A DNA stretch of 15,446 nucleotides, from NCBI GenBank assembly GCA_964525635.1, contig CAZGJX010000097.1, forward strand, positions 1 through 15,446. The letters are read 5' to 3'. Shown here one piece after another: positions 1 through 9,353 of this stretch; within the stretch, counting starts at the first letter, position 1, and each line of letters starts with the position of its first letter. The position numbers were made by a program, and so were the translations under genes. The stretch is from an uncultured archaeon (GTDB taxonomy: Archaea > Asgardarchaeota > Lokiarchaeia > Sigyniarchaeales > SOKP01). A model generated the notes under the pieces. It was not told where the DNA came from and made no database searches. It saw nothing but the letters and a program-made list of their open reading frames with translations.

Positions 1-838
1 ATTCAACAATCTGATCTGAGGGAATTGGATCCCAAGCAGGAGTGGTTGAATCTTCTACGGTAATCAAGATTAGAATAGTACAGTAATTTCCATGAGGATC
101 ATAAGCACGTATCTCAATCCAATACTCTCCTACACTAAGAGTACCAATAGGGGTAATCAATCCATTTGAATCAATATTGAAATTTATAGTATCATCTATC
201 CAATAATAATTGATTCCAGAAAGGTCTGAAGCTTCTACATCATATTCAAAATCATCTCCAAATTCAACAATCTGATCTGAGGGAATTGGATCCCAAGCAG
301 GAGTGGTTGAATCTTCAACTATAACTAAGATCATAGCACTAATATATTGTTCATAAGGATCATAAGCACGTATCTCAATCCAATACTCTCCAATATCAAG
401 AGGATTTATATTTGTTATAAGCCCATCTGAGTCAATATTGAAGTTTATAGTATCATTAATCCAATAGGATTCAATTCCTGAAGCATCTAAAGCATTGACA
501 TCATATTCGAAGTCATTTCCAAATTCAACATCCTGATCCGAGGGATATTGATCCCATATGGGACCAGATTGATCATCTACAGTTATTTTGATTGTTGCAT
601 TAGCAAAATTTCCATAAGGATCATAAGCACGTATCTCAATCCAATACTCTCCTACACTAAGAGTACCAATAGGGGTAATCAATCCATTTGAATCAATATC
701 GAAGTTTATTGTATCATTTAGACTGAAATATGCAATTTCAGATTGATCAATAGCATCTATATCATAGAAGAAATCATTTCCAAATTCTACATACTGGTCT
801 AAGGGAGGATAGATCCAAGTGGGGGCATCTGTATCATT
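1..838 (-). repeat. Intragenic tandem repeats of 261 bp (87 aa), three full units plus the start of a fourth; Ig/cadherin-like modules
   Basis: The equivalent motif attc(a/t)ac recurs at 1, 262, 523 and 784. Protein consensus: PxWDxxPSDQxVEFGxDFEYDVxAxDxSGIxxYWIxDTINFNIDSNGLITPIGTLSVGEYWIEIRAYDPYGN...ITVED. The fold call is inferred from the length, beta-strand pattern and acidic linkers. Confidence 0.9.
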
Positions 839-3800
839 TACCCACTTCATTATTTTAAAATCATCCATTAAAAACCCTCGATAATTATTGTATAAATCAT
901 CATATGTATCAATATAAAATCGTATTTGTACTGAAGAATGATTTATGTATGATGAGAGATCAATATTGATTTTAGCCCATGGTTCTATATTATCATATAA
1001 ATATAATTCATATAAATAGTCCCAATGAATACCATCTGTAGTTATGTAAACAGAAGGTGCATCAAGATAATATTCTCCTTCATACCAATAATAAAATTCT
1101 AAGGACGCATTTACAGCATCTTTTAAATTAAATGGATTCGTAGTAATATTTCCTGTTACAGGGGCCCCTATGTCATAAGTTCCTGTTGATTCATTCCCAA
1201 ACCATATTGAATGATTTTCAGAGTGATAGGAATCTGGCCATTGACTATCCACTCCTGTAAGATGCCATAATCCAGTTATTGATTCCCATTTAGATAATCC
1301 ATTTTCAAAATCATCATAGAATGTATTTTGAAATAGATTTATCATTTCAGTCATAAGGTTATTATTTGCATTCGTTTCATTCAATATAGGTGAACAATAA
1401 GCCGTGAAATTATAAATTCCATATTTCTTAGGAATCCAATTATAGGTAATAGTATGATAGCTACCAGTTGGTAAAGTTTGGATAGTGGTTGAATTAATCG
1501 CTATACTATTTTTATAAAGAGTGACATTAACATTCGATTCATTCGAACTACCTCTATTATATACAATTGCACTTATACTAGATGCTTCACTAATTTTAGG
1601 TAAAAATAATCCATCTAATGACACCTCTAATTCATGTTCAGGTAATTTTAGAGTAAGATTAGCTAATCCTTCACCTCTTACTGCTTTAACCACAATATAA
1701 TACTTTCCAGATTTATAGGTTGTAAATTCAATATTTTCATCTTGACCAATTCCATAAGTTGCAGATCTATACTGCCAATAAGGATCTCCTGAGATACTAC
1801 TTGGATTATCTGAATATATAAAAATATCAAAATCACAATCATCAGGAGCATCTAATTGTAAGTTATATGTTATTCCCTTTAGGAAATTAGCATGACATGC
1901 AAATCCATGTTTGCCATTAGGATTATCTGAACTACTCGATATGAAAATAGAATTTAAAGATTCAGCTTCTAATTCGTTAGTATAAGCCTCTATTGCCATA
2001 TCTAGATTCAAACGACCAAACCCCTCGTGATAGTCCTTCCATCCTCTATCTAAAGTGGGACTCTGAGAACTTATAGTAGTTCCTTCTCTAAATAATGGTG
2101 CTGTTTCCGTTGCAGTCATTAGAAGGAGATATTTTACTAATTTTGCTTCCTCTTCTGTATAAGTCCAATTATTATATCCCCCCATAGCTTCAATTAAAAT
2201 ATTAGATGCTCCTGCTACTGCAGCACATGCCATAGAAGTTCCTTGAGCGCCAATTAAATCATTGCTAAACCAATCAGAATACTCACTTTCAATATCATTA
2301 TAATTTGAATCAGATGAAAACATTTGTAAAGTAAGGTTACTACCTCCTGGTGCACATATATCTGGTTTTGTTACACCATAATAATAATCGCCTTGACTAC
2401 TATATTGAGTTATTTGATCTAAATGATTAGTTGCTGCTACAGTAATAGCTTTTTCAGCATTTCCAGGGCTTCCTATATTACCTTCACCTATACCAGAATT
2501 CCCTGCTGAAACAATAACAACAATACCATTCTCTACAGCATTGTTCACAGCATCTACTATTGATGTTAATTCTATTGATGGGGAATTAAAACTTAATGCC
2601 ATTGTTGTAATATGATAGGTTCTTTTATTTTGAATTGCCCAATTAATTCCATCAATAACATCTGATTGTGTTCCATTACCATACTGATCTAATACTTTTA
2701 TACCAACCAAATGAGTTTCCTCAGCTATGCCTCTCCATGGTCCTCCACAATTATATAAGGGAACATCAAATGGCCAATGAGTTCGATACCTAAAAGTATA
2801 ACAAGGTTCCTCGACTGAATTATTTGCATTATTATCTATGAAATTTATTAGAATTCTTATACTATAATCACCTAATTCATTGCTTGGTACAATATACGAA
2901 AGGTTAGAACTCCATATATCAGATGAGGAGTTAAAACTATCTACCATTGCCTCTTGATAAAAAAGATAAGCATTTATATCAACATCATCAGGATCAGGGG
3001 TATAATCTTTAAATTCACATACAGCATCAATGGTTCCTGGAGTGGTGACATTGAATCTTGTTACTATTATAAGTTTTTCTTCTGGAGAAACAGAGGATCC
3101 CGTCTGATTTTCTGTAAATCCTCCCGAAGCTACTGTTCTACCAAGGTAATCTAAATTAGGATTACCATCTCCAGCAGCAATTCCTGATAAATGGGAACCA
3201 TGACCATTATCATCATAAGGCAAAGATAGATCATTAACCTCATCTTTCCAACCTACAACTTTATAATTAAAATTACCATCAGAATATTCATCAAGCATAT
3301 CATGTGAAACATCTATTCCAGTATCTAGGATTGCTATAGAACTTGTATTATCTCCATTATATCCAAGGATATCCCATACATAAGGACGGAGATTCATATT
3401 TCTGCTAGCATAATACATATTAGCTGTAAAAAATCCATCTTCTTCTATAAAAAACGGGATTTCATTGAAATAGAGGATTTCAGAAAATTTCATTAATCCC
3501 TCATAATTAATATTTCCAGCAAATCCATTAATTGACATAGTATAGGTAGACTTAACCTCTCCACCTAATTTTTTAAAAAGAGTAAGAATATTATTGTAAT
3601 CTCCTCTTGAAAATTTTACAATTATAGGGATAGAATCTTTAGATATATGAATATTGTTTTTTTCAAATATTAATTTATTTTGCTTTTTTGTTGAATCTGA
3701 ATTCAATAAACTATTCAACTTCTCTTCTAATTCATCACTAATACCATTATTGTCTTGATCAATGCCTAAATAATTACTTTTCCAAGTTAATATATCAGAA

Positions 3801-3961
3801 GAATCAAAATCAAGTGTTTTAATTTTATAATTAGATATAGAAATATTTGATAGATTGATTTTGTTCAATATGAAATTAGATATATTTGGTATTAGAAAAA
3901 GTAAAATAGTAAAACCTATTAAGAAAATATTTGATTTTCTAAACTTATTATATTTATTCAT
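1..3961 (-). CDS. Secreted multidomain S8 (subtilisin-like) serine peptidase with I9-like propeptide, PPC-like, CARDB-like and jelly-roll domains and C-terminal Ig/cadherin-like repeats; 3' end lies outside the window
   Basis: Manual translation from ATG 3961-3959 gives MNKYNKFRKSNIFLIGFTILLFLIPN (signal peptide). The catalytic motifs are all in one frame: IAILDTGID (Asp codon 3325-3323), DDNGHGSHLSGIAAG (His 3202-3200), VIVSAGNSG, KPDICAPGG, QGTSMACAAVAG (Ser 2236-2234). The same frame is still coding at position 1. It is absent from the ORF track, presumably because it has no stop codon in the window. Confidence 0.95.
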   Translation of the reverse strand, partial: MNKYNKFRKSNIFLIGFTILLFLIPNISNFILNKINLSNISISNYKIKTLDFDSSDILTWKSNYLGIDQDNNGISDELEEKLNSLLNSDSTKKQNKLIFEKNNIHISKDSIPIIVKFSRGDYNNILTLFKKLGGEVKSTYTMSINGFAGNINYEGLMKFSEILYFNEIPFFIEEDGFFTANMYYASRNMNLRPYVWDILGYNGDNTSSIAILDTGIDVSHDMLDEYSDGNFNYKVVGWKDEVNDLSLPYDDNGHGSHLSGIAAGDGNPNLDYLGRTVASGGFTENQTGSSVSPEEKLIIVTRFNVTTPGTIDAVCEFKDYTPDPDDVDINAYLFYQEAMVDSFNSSSDIWSSNLSYIVPSNELGDYSIRILINFIDNNANNSVEEPCYTFRYRTHWPFDVPLYNCGGPWRGIAEETHLVGIKVLDQYGNGTQSDVIDGINWAIQNKRTYHITTMALSFNSPSIELTSIVDAVNNAVENGIVVIVSAGNSGIGEGNIGSPGNAEKAITVAATNHLDQITQYSSQGDYYYGVTKPDICAPGGSNLTLQMFSSDSNYNDIESEYSDWFSNDLIGAQGTSMACAAVAGASNILIEAMGGYNNWTYTEEEAKLVKYLLLMTATETAPLFREGTTISSQSPTLDRGWKDYHEGFGRLNLDMAIEAYTNELEAESLNSIFISSSSDNPNGKHGFACHANFLKGITYNLQLDAPDDCDFDIFIYSDNPSSISGDPYWQYRSATYGIGQDENIEFTTYKSGKYYIVVKAVRGEGLANLTLKLPEHELEVSLDGLFLPKISEASSISAIVYNRGSSNESNVNVTLYKNSIAINSTTIQTLPTGSYHTITYNWIPKKYGIYNFTAYCSPILNETNANNNLMTEMINLFQNTFYDDFENGLSKWESITGLWHLTGVDSQWPDSYHSENHSIWFGNESTGTYDIGAPVTGNITTNPFNLKDAVNASLEFYYWYEGEYYLDAPSVYITTDGIHWDYLYELYLYDNIEPWAKINIDLSSYINHSSVQIRFYIDTYDDLYNNYRGFLMDDFKIMKWVNDTDAPTWIYPPLDQYVEFGNDFFYDIDAIDQSEIAYFSLNDTINFDIDSNGLITPIGTLSVGEYWIEIRAYDPYGNFANATIKITVDDQSGPIWDQYPSDQDVEFGNDFEYDVNALDASGIESYWINDTINFNIDSDGLITNINPLDIGEYWIEIRAYDPYEQYISAMILVIVEDSTTPAWDPIPSDQIVEFGDDFEYDVEASDLSGINYYWIDDTINFNIDSNGLITPIGTLSVGEYWIEIRAYDPHGNYCTILILITVEDSTTPAWDPIPSDQIVE

Positions 3962-4074
3962 AAGATAATCGCTTTTTTAAGATTATAAGCTATTAAGAAC
4001 TCAAATTATCAGAAATATAAAAAAGGAGTTGGAATAAATGTGAAGTTTTTTTGATTAAATCCATGATAAAAATG

Positions 4075-4215
4075 GAATATCAAGAGAAAAGATTGAACTA
4101 CCATCACCTAAAGGGGTTGTATTCATAATTCATTGAAATAAGCTCAACTGATTGTTTGAGTCTTATAGTTTTACCAATCGCTTAACATTCCATAGTCCCT
4201 ACGGTAGAATGATCA
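4075..4215 (-). ncRNA. Putative TnpB omega-RNA (reRNA) scaffold plus flanking guide
   Basis: The minus strand reads TACCGTAGGGACTATGGAATGTTAAGCGATTGGTAAAACTATAAGACTCAAACAATCAGTTGAGC...TAGTTCAA, resembling the segment found between tnpB 3' ends and IS right ends. It includes a CTCAA/TTGAG stem. Boundaries are approximate and the call is by recognition only. Confidence 0.5.
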
Positions 4216-4369
4216 TAAATAATTGATTATCTTATTTATTATCATTAATTAATAAAGAGGTTTTTTCTATTTTTAAAAAAGATGTGAGAATGATTAGTAA
4301 CTTTTACATCATTTTATATGATTAACTTCATCCCATCCATAAAAGAATGGGCTTTGTTTTGTTCTTATG
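4093..4369 (-). mobile_element. Non-autonomous IS200/IS605-family element (PATE-like), IS608-type ends, no tnpA or tnpB
   Basis: Minus-strand left end: TTAC|CATAAGAACAAAAC-AAAG-CCCATTCTTTTATGGATGGG (target tetranucleotide, AAAG guide, hairpin at 4351-4332). Right end: GAAT-ACAACCCCTTTAGGTGATGGTAGT-TCAA| (4124-4093). TTAC/AAAG and GAAT/TCAA are the known IS608 cleavage/guide pairs. Confidence 0.8.
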
Positions 4370-4433
4370 GTAAAAATCAATATTATATAATACCTAAAAT
4401 TTTATATTTTGAAAAGATATAATATGATTAAGA

Positions 4434-4790
4434 ATGAGTGTAAAATTAGATATTGACTTAGTATTAAAAAGTCTTTTAGAAGAATTAGGTGAAAAAGTCT
4501 ATTTCATCATTATTTCTTCTGAAAATGGTCTAATTCTAAAATGTCATATAAATAATGAAGAGTTTGATAAATCAGCTATAAGTCTTCATATTTCACAGGT
4601 TTATGAAAGTGCTCAAGAAATAACAGATTTAATTGGAATTCATAATCCAGATTTTAATCTAATACACTCGGATAATTTTTATATACTCAGTGTAAAAATT
4701 CTGGATAAAATAGTAATGGTTTTAATAGAAGATCAAACAAATATTACAGATGTATTTCGGGTTATTAATAATTGTATTAAGGCTAATTAG
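4434..4790 (+). CDS. Roadblock/LC7 (MglB/LAMTOR-like) domain protein
   Basis: 118 aa with the Roadblock pattern: N-terminal helix (LVLKSLLEEL), beta-hairpin YFIIISSENGLIL, long helix (AISLHISQVYESAQEITDLIG), three strands and a C-terminal helix. Confidence 0.7.
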   Translation: MSVKLDIDLVLKSLLEELGEKVYFIIISSENGLILKCHINNEEFDKSAISLHISQVYESAQEITDLIGIHNPDFNLIHSDNFYILSVKILDKIVMVLIEDQTNITDVFRVINNCIKAN

Positions 4791-5033
4791 ATTTGACTAA
4801 TCTAACTTCAATTAGTCTATAATTGAATAAGTCTAGGATTCTATATTTTTTACTTAAATACCCTTTTAAGTATATGAACATTATTTACTTAATTTAAAAA
4901 GTCATTAAAAATATTTGTAAAACAGCTCAGGACACAGTTTTAGAAAAATAGTTTTAAATATTTGCAGTATATTTTATATTTAGTAAGTGATATTTTTTTT
5001 TTTTATAATCAGGGGTTAGGGAGGTTTTTTCAG

Positions 5034-5330
5034 TTGCAAGACATTAAAGATGAGATTGAAAAATATGTTAGTTATTTTGTTAAGAAGAAGAAGTTAAAAT
5101 TTAATAGTAAAAAAGAAATAGACCAAGTTTTAACATCCCAAAAATATTTTGAATTTGTTGATAAAGTGTATAATTTTTATAATTCACAGATTTCTACTAA
5201 TGTTGATCCAAAAGAAAGATTATCAATTGAATGTTATTACGATGTAGATCAAGCAATAAATTCTTTCTGGAATCGATTATTGGGTAATAAATTTAGTGAA
5301 AAAATAAAAACAATTTTAAAATTAGGATAA
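5034..5330 (+). CDS. Hypothetical protein (98 aa, predicted helical)
   Basis: Same frame as track ORF 4962..5330. The start is moved to TTG 5034 because GGAGGT (5020-5025) lies 8 nt upstream and the 5' extension crosses a T-run. Confidence 0.65.
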   Translation: MQDIKDEIEKYVSYFVKKKKLKFNSKKEIDQVLTSQKYFEFVDKVYNFYNSQISTNVDPKERLSIECYYDVDQAINSFWNRLLGNKFSEKIKTILKLG

Positions 5331-5443
5331 ATATAATTAATAGCTTTATTTTTTAATTTCGATAATTAATAATTACTTAAATTATAGTTGGAGCAATTTT
5401 TTTATTTTTTTTTAAGATTCTTGTTTATTTTTACTTTTCGTTT

Positions 5444-5474
5444 TTCTCATAGGACAAAAAGGAAATATATAAAT
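5444..5474 (+). promoter_or_regulatory. Imperfect palindrome followed by a TATA box upstream of the GH9 gene
   Basis: TTCTCATAG-GACAA-AAAGGAAAT runs directly into ATATAAAT and shares GACAAAwAGGAAA with 10213-10225. Confidence 0.45.
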
Positions 5475-5593
5475 ATCGAATTCTGATTATAAAAAATTAA
5501 CCACTTTTATATGATAAATTAAAGTTATATAAAATAATTTAAAAGAAAATAGAAATGAATTTAGGGAAATCTATTTTAAGGAATTGAAATAAT

Positions 5594-8500
5594 ATGAAAA
5601 ATTTTAGAGTTTTAAATAAAACAAAAATAAAATTGATACTAATCATTTCAATATTAATCTTCCAAGGAATATTTCTATTAATTGAATCAAAGAAATTTAT
5701 TTCTTTAACAACTATGACTGGAAGAGATCTAAACTCCCAAGCCTGGGAAGCCATCCCAATAACAGATGCAAATGGAGGTCCATTATACAATTATGCAACT
5801 ATGCTTTCAAGAACAATCATGTTTTATGATGCGAATCAATGTGGAAAGAACATAACAGGAAATAATCGTTTTAATTGGCGGGGTGACTGTCATGTTAATG
5901 ATGGAATAGAATGGACATTGAGTAATGGACAAACTATATGGATTGATGCTACAGGGGGATATCATGATGCAGGGGATCATATTAAATTTGGAATTACTAA
6001 TGCTTATGCAGCATCAACTTTAGGATGGGGTTTATATGAATTCCGTGATCAATACGAAGAAACTGGACAATTAAATAATATACTAAGAGCAATAAAATGG
6101 GCAACGGATTATTTTATTAAATGCCATCCTGAACCAAACTCATTTTTATATAGTGTTGGTTCTAGTGAGGATCATAATTTTTGGGGTCCACCTGAATTGC
6201 AATTGGATTCTAGAAGTCCTCGTGATATAGTTGTATGCACCCCCTCAAATCCCGCTTCAGATGTATGTGGATTAACTGCTGGAGCTTTAGCTTTAATGTA
6301 TATTAATTATATAGATATAGATCCTGATTATGCAAATCTATGTCTTCAACATGGAAAAGAGATATACGATTTAGGAAGAAATAATCTTGGGCTTAGTGAT
6401 GGCCTTGCTTTTTATCCCCCTAGTATATATTGGGATGATCTTGCATGGGGTTCAATATGGTTATATAAAGCTACAGGTGATGAAGCATATTATGATGATT
6501 TTAAAATTATACTTGGTCCCTCTTGTGCGGGGATAGATCATGATGATGATATTAATAATGGATTAAATTGGGAGAATACATGGACACATTGTTGGGATGC
6601 TGTTTGGGCAGGTGTTTTTGCAGCTGCTTCAGGAATAACAGGTCATGCTGCATTTATGGAACAAGTAGAAACTAATTTAGATTATTGGATGTATGATCTA
6701 GCTGAGACTCCAGCAGGATTAAAATACTTAAATGAATGGGGTGTTTTAAGATATGCAACAGCTTCTGCCTTATGTGGATTAGTTTATTATAAATATTCTG
6801 GAGAAATTATTTATCGAGATTTTGCTGCCAGCCAAATAAATTATGCTTTAGGTTCTAATCCCTTAGATCGCTGTTATATTGTAGGTTGCGGAACAAATCC
6901 ACCTCAACACCCACATCATGATGCTGCTCATGGTTCTGAAACTGGTTTTCTTGATGATCCTCCAGAACATAAACATGTACTCTATGGAGCACTTGTCGGA
7001 GGGCCTGGAATGGATGACCAACATAATGATGCTACAGATGATTATGTTCAAAATGAAGTATCCATTGATTATAATGCGGCAATGGTTGGCGCCTTAGCGG
7101 GTATGCGAGAGAATTTTGGTCCAGATCTTATTCCTGATCCTGATCCGGAGCCAGAACCGCCCATTCAAGCATATTGGGTTGAATCTAGAATTGAAAAAGA
7201 TTTAAATGAAAGATCACAACTTACCTTTTATATTCAAAATCATGCAATCCACCCACCACACTATGAATATGATCTGTTATTTAGATATTATGTAGATTTA
7301 AGTGAAGTTTTTGACCAAGGCTATGGACTAGAAAATATAAATATTGAAACGGTTGTAAATGAAAACCAAGATGCTCAAGTTGCTCAAGAATTTACACCAT
7401 GGGATGAATTAAACTATATTTATTATGTTGAAATTAGTTATCAAGGAGTAGAATTATACAATAAAAGAGAAGTTCAAATTGCATTAATATATAATACACC
7501 TAATTTTGAGGGAATATGGGATCCTACAAATGATTTTTCGCATTTACCCATGACAGAAATATTAGAGCCAAATGAAAACATCCCGCTCTATCGCGGTGGT
7601 GAGCTATTATGGGGCTCAGAACCATATAAAGATTTAATTCCCCCTGAGAAACCGACTGGGATTACTACATCAGTTAAAGGGAGTGCACAAATTGATTTAG
7701 ACTGGAATGATAATAGTGAAACAGATTTATCACACTATAACATTTATCATAGTATAAATAGTCAATTTGAAATTAATAGTGAATCATTAGCAGGAAGTTC
7801 TGGAACCAGTGATTTTTCTGATACAGAATTATTAGCTGAAACAATTTATTATTATAAAATCACTGCTGTAGATACAAATGAAAATGAAGGTTTACCTTCA
7901 GATATTGTTTCAGCAACTACTCTTACACCAGATCCATATCCCCCAGCTTCACCAACGGGTCTGACAGTTATAGATACAGGATCATCACAAATAGAACTTA
8001 ATTGGAATGATAATTCAGAAGATGATCTCTCAAAATATAAAGTATATCGAAGTACTATTTCTGGATTTACATGTGATCAGACAACCTATATTGGAGATAC
8101 AATAGTAAGTAACTATTTGGATATAGATCTTTCATCCGATACTACTTATTATTATAAAGTTATTGCCATTGATACAAGTAATAATCCTAGTGATCCTTCA
8201 GATCAAATTTCTGCTACAACTGATAAAATTATAGCACAATTAAGGGCCAAATATATATGTGGTAATCAAGATTCTACAACTTCGGAGGTTAGAGCACAAA
8301 TACAGATTCAAAATGATGGTCCTCTTGATGTTGCTTTGACTGATGTTACCGTTCGATATTGGTTTACTTCTGAACCTGCCCTAAGTGATCTTACTTACTC
8401 ATGTGATTATGCTGCTGTTGGATCCTCAGGAATAACGAGTACATTTGGAAGCACAGGAGATTCTGATTATTTAGAAATTGGATTTACTTCCTCAGCCACA

Positions 8501-9205
8501 GTTCCTACTTGGTTAGGGGGAGATGGTTCCAGTAACTCTCTTCTAATAGGGGCGAATACAGGAGATATTCAAAATAGAATTGGGAGAAATTCTAACATCA
8601 ATTTTGATCAGACTAATGACCATTCGTTTGATCCTTCTTTTAGCGCTTACTCAGATGCAAATCAAATCACAGTTTATTATCAAGGAATTTTAGTATGGGG
8701 TAAAGAACCTCCAACAGGACCTATTAGTGAGCCCCCAAGTATTAATTCTCCTGCTAATGTTAATTATCAAGAAGGAGATACAGGAAATTCAATAACATGG
8801 ACAGCTACAGATGATAATCCTACAATCTATATAGTTACTCGAGGTAATACTCAAGTAGCTTCTGGGTCATGGAGTTCTGGAAGTCCAATAACCATGATTG
8901 TTGACGGTTTATCCCTAGGAACTTATACTTATACTTGTACCGTTACAGATGGAGATGGACAGATGGATTCTGACTCTGTTACTGTAACCGTGTCTCAAAG
9001 CACAGAATTCCAGAATGGTGATGTGAACCATGATAGTAATGTTGATATTGTGGATGCCCTTATGATTGCCCAATATTATGTAGGACTTGATCCTCAGCCA
9101 TTTTATCCCGAGGAAGCAGATGTGGACAATAGTGGATCTATTGATATTGTGGATGCATTGATGGTTGCTCAAGCCTATGTAGGATTAATAGAATTACCTC
9201 CATAA
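5594..9205 (+). CDS. Secreted modular GH9 endoglucanase: signal/TM - GH9 - CBM3(c-like) - FN3 x2 - CBM3 - Ig-like - dockerin
   Basis: GH9 motifs FYDANQCG, WRGD, GGYHDAGDHIKFG, PQHPHH, LYGALVGGP, DYVQNEVSIDYNAA. Pro/acidic linker PDPDPEPEPP at about 7133-7162. Two FN3 units (PEKPTG...LDWNDNSETDLSHYNIY...YYYKITAVD). CBM3 (QIQNDG...LTDVTVRYWFT...CDYA...YLEIGF...FDQTNDHSF...LVWGKEP). Duplicated dockerin loops GDVNHDSNVDIVDALM and ADVDNSGSIDIVDALM. Confidence 0.95.
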   Translation: MKNFRVLNKTKIKLILIISILIFQGIFLLIESKKFISLTTMTGRDLNSQAWEAIPITDANGGPLYNYATMLSRTIMFYDANQCGKNITGNNRFNWRGDCHVNDGIEWTLSNGQTIWIDATGGYHDAGDHIKFGITNAYAASTLGWGLYEFRDQYEETGQLNNILRAIKWATDYFIKCHPEPNSFLYSVGSSEDHNFWGPPELQLDSRSPRDIVVCTPSNPASDVCGLTAGALALMYINYIDIDPDYANLCLQHGKEIYDLGRNNLGLSDGLAFYPPSIYWDDLAWGSIWLYKATGDEAYYDDFKIILGPSCAGIDHDDDINNGLNWENTWTHCWDAVWAGVFAAASGITGHAAFMEQVETNLDYWMYDLAETPAGLKYLNEWGVLRYATASALCGLVYYKYSGEIIYRDFAASQINYALGSNPLDRCYIVGCGTNPPQHPHHDAAHGSETGFLDDPPEHKHVLYGALVGGPGMDDQHNDATDDYVQNEVSIDYNAAMVGALAGMRENFGPDLIPDPDPEPEPPIQAYWVESRIEKDLNERSQLTFYIQNHAIHPPHYEYDLLFRYYVDLSEVFDQGYGLENINIETVVNENQDAQVAQEFTPWDELNYIYYVEISYQGVELYNKREVQIALIYNTPNFEGIWDPTNDFSHLPMTEILEPNENIPLYRGGELLWGSEPYKDLIPPEKPTGITTSVKGSAQIDLDWNDNSETDLSHYNIYHSINSQFEINSESLAGSSGTSDFSDTELLAETIYYYKITAVDTNENEGLPSDIVSATTLTPDPYPPASPTGLTVIDTGSSQIELNWNDNSEDDLSKYKVYRSTISGFTCDQTTYIGDTIVSNYLDIDLSSDTTYYYKVIAIDTSNNPSDPSDQISATTDKIIAQLRAKYICGNQDSTTSEVRAQIQIQNDGPLDVALTDVTVRYWFTSEPALSDLTYSCDYAAVGSSGITSTFGSTGDSDYLEIGFTSSATVPTWLGGDGSSNSLLIGANTGDIQNRIGRNSNINFDQTNDHSFDPSFSAYSDANQITVYYQGILVWGKEPPTGPISEPPSINSPANVNYQEGDTGNSITWTATDDNPTIYIVTRGNTQVASGSWSSGSPITMIVDGLSLGTYTYTCTVTDGDGQMDSDSVTVTVSQSTEFQNGDVNHDSNVDIVDALMIAQYYVGLDPQPFYPEEADVDNSGSIDIVDALMVAQAYVGLIELPP

Positions 9206-9247
9206 TAGAGTATCAGCACAAGAAAAAACTCAAAAAATAGCTATAAA

Positions 9248-9271
9248 TCTCTTTTTTTTTCTCTTTTTTTC
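9248..9271 (+). terminator. Archaeal-type oligo-T terminator after the GH9 gene
   Basis: CTCTTTTTTTTTCTCTTTTTTT, two T-runs about 45 nt past the stop codon. Confidence 0.5.
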
Positions 9272-9353
9272 AGGTAAAGTAAGTAATTGAAAAATATTTA
9301 AAAATAAAACTGACTATTATAATTTAGTAAAAACCATTAAAATTGTATCATAT

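Noticed and set aside
1-838. Repeats as a CRISPR array or a DGR template/variable pair
   Set aside because: The period is 261 bp and in frame, there are no unique spacers, differences are not restricted to adenines, and no cas or reverse transcriptase gene is present.
2954-3154. 66-aa plus-strand ORF
   Set aside because: It lies antisense within the S8 peptidase gene and has no recognisable motifs.
4795-4817. GACTAAT/ATTAGTC inverted repeat after the Roadblock gene
   Set aside because: A 7-bp AT-rich stem is plausible by chance at this base composition.
4962-5033. 5' extension of the track ORF 4962..5330
   Set aside because: It is low-complexity T-rich sequence, and a GGAGGT-preceded TTG at 5034 is a better start.
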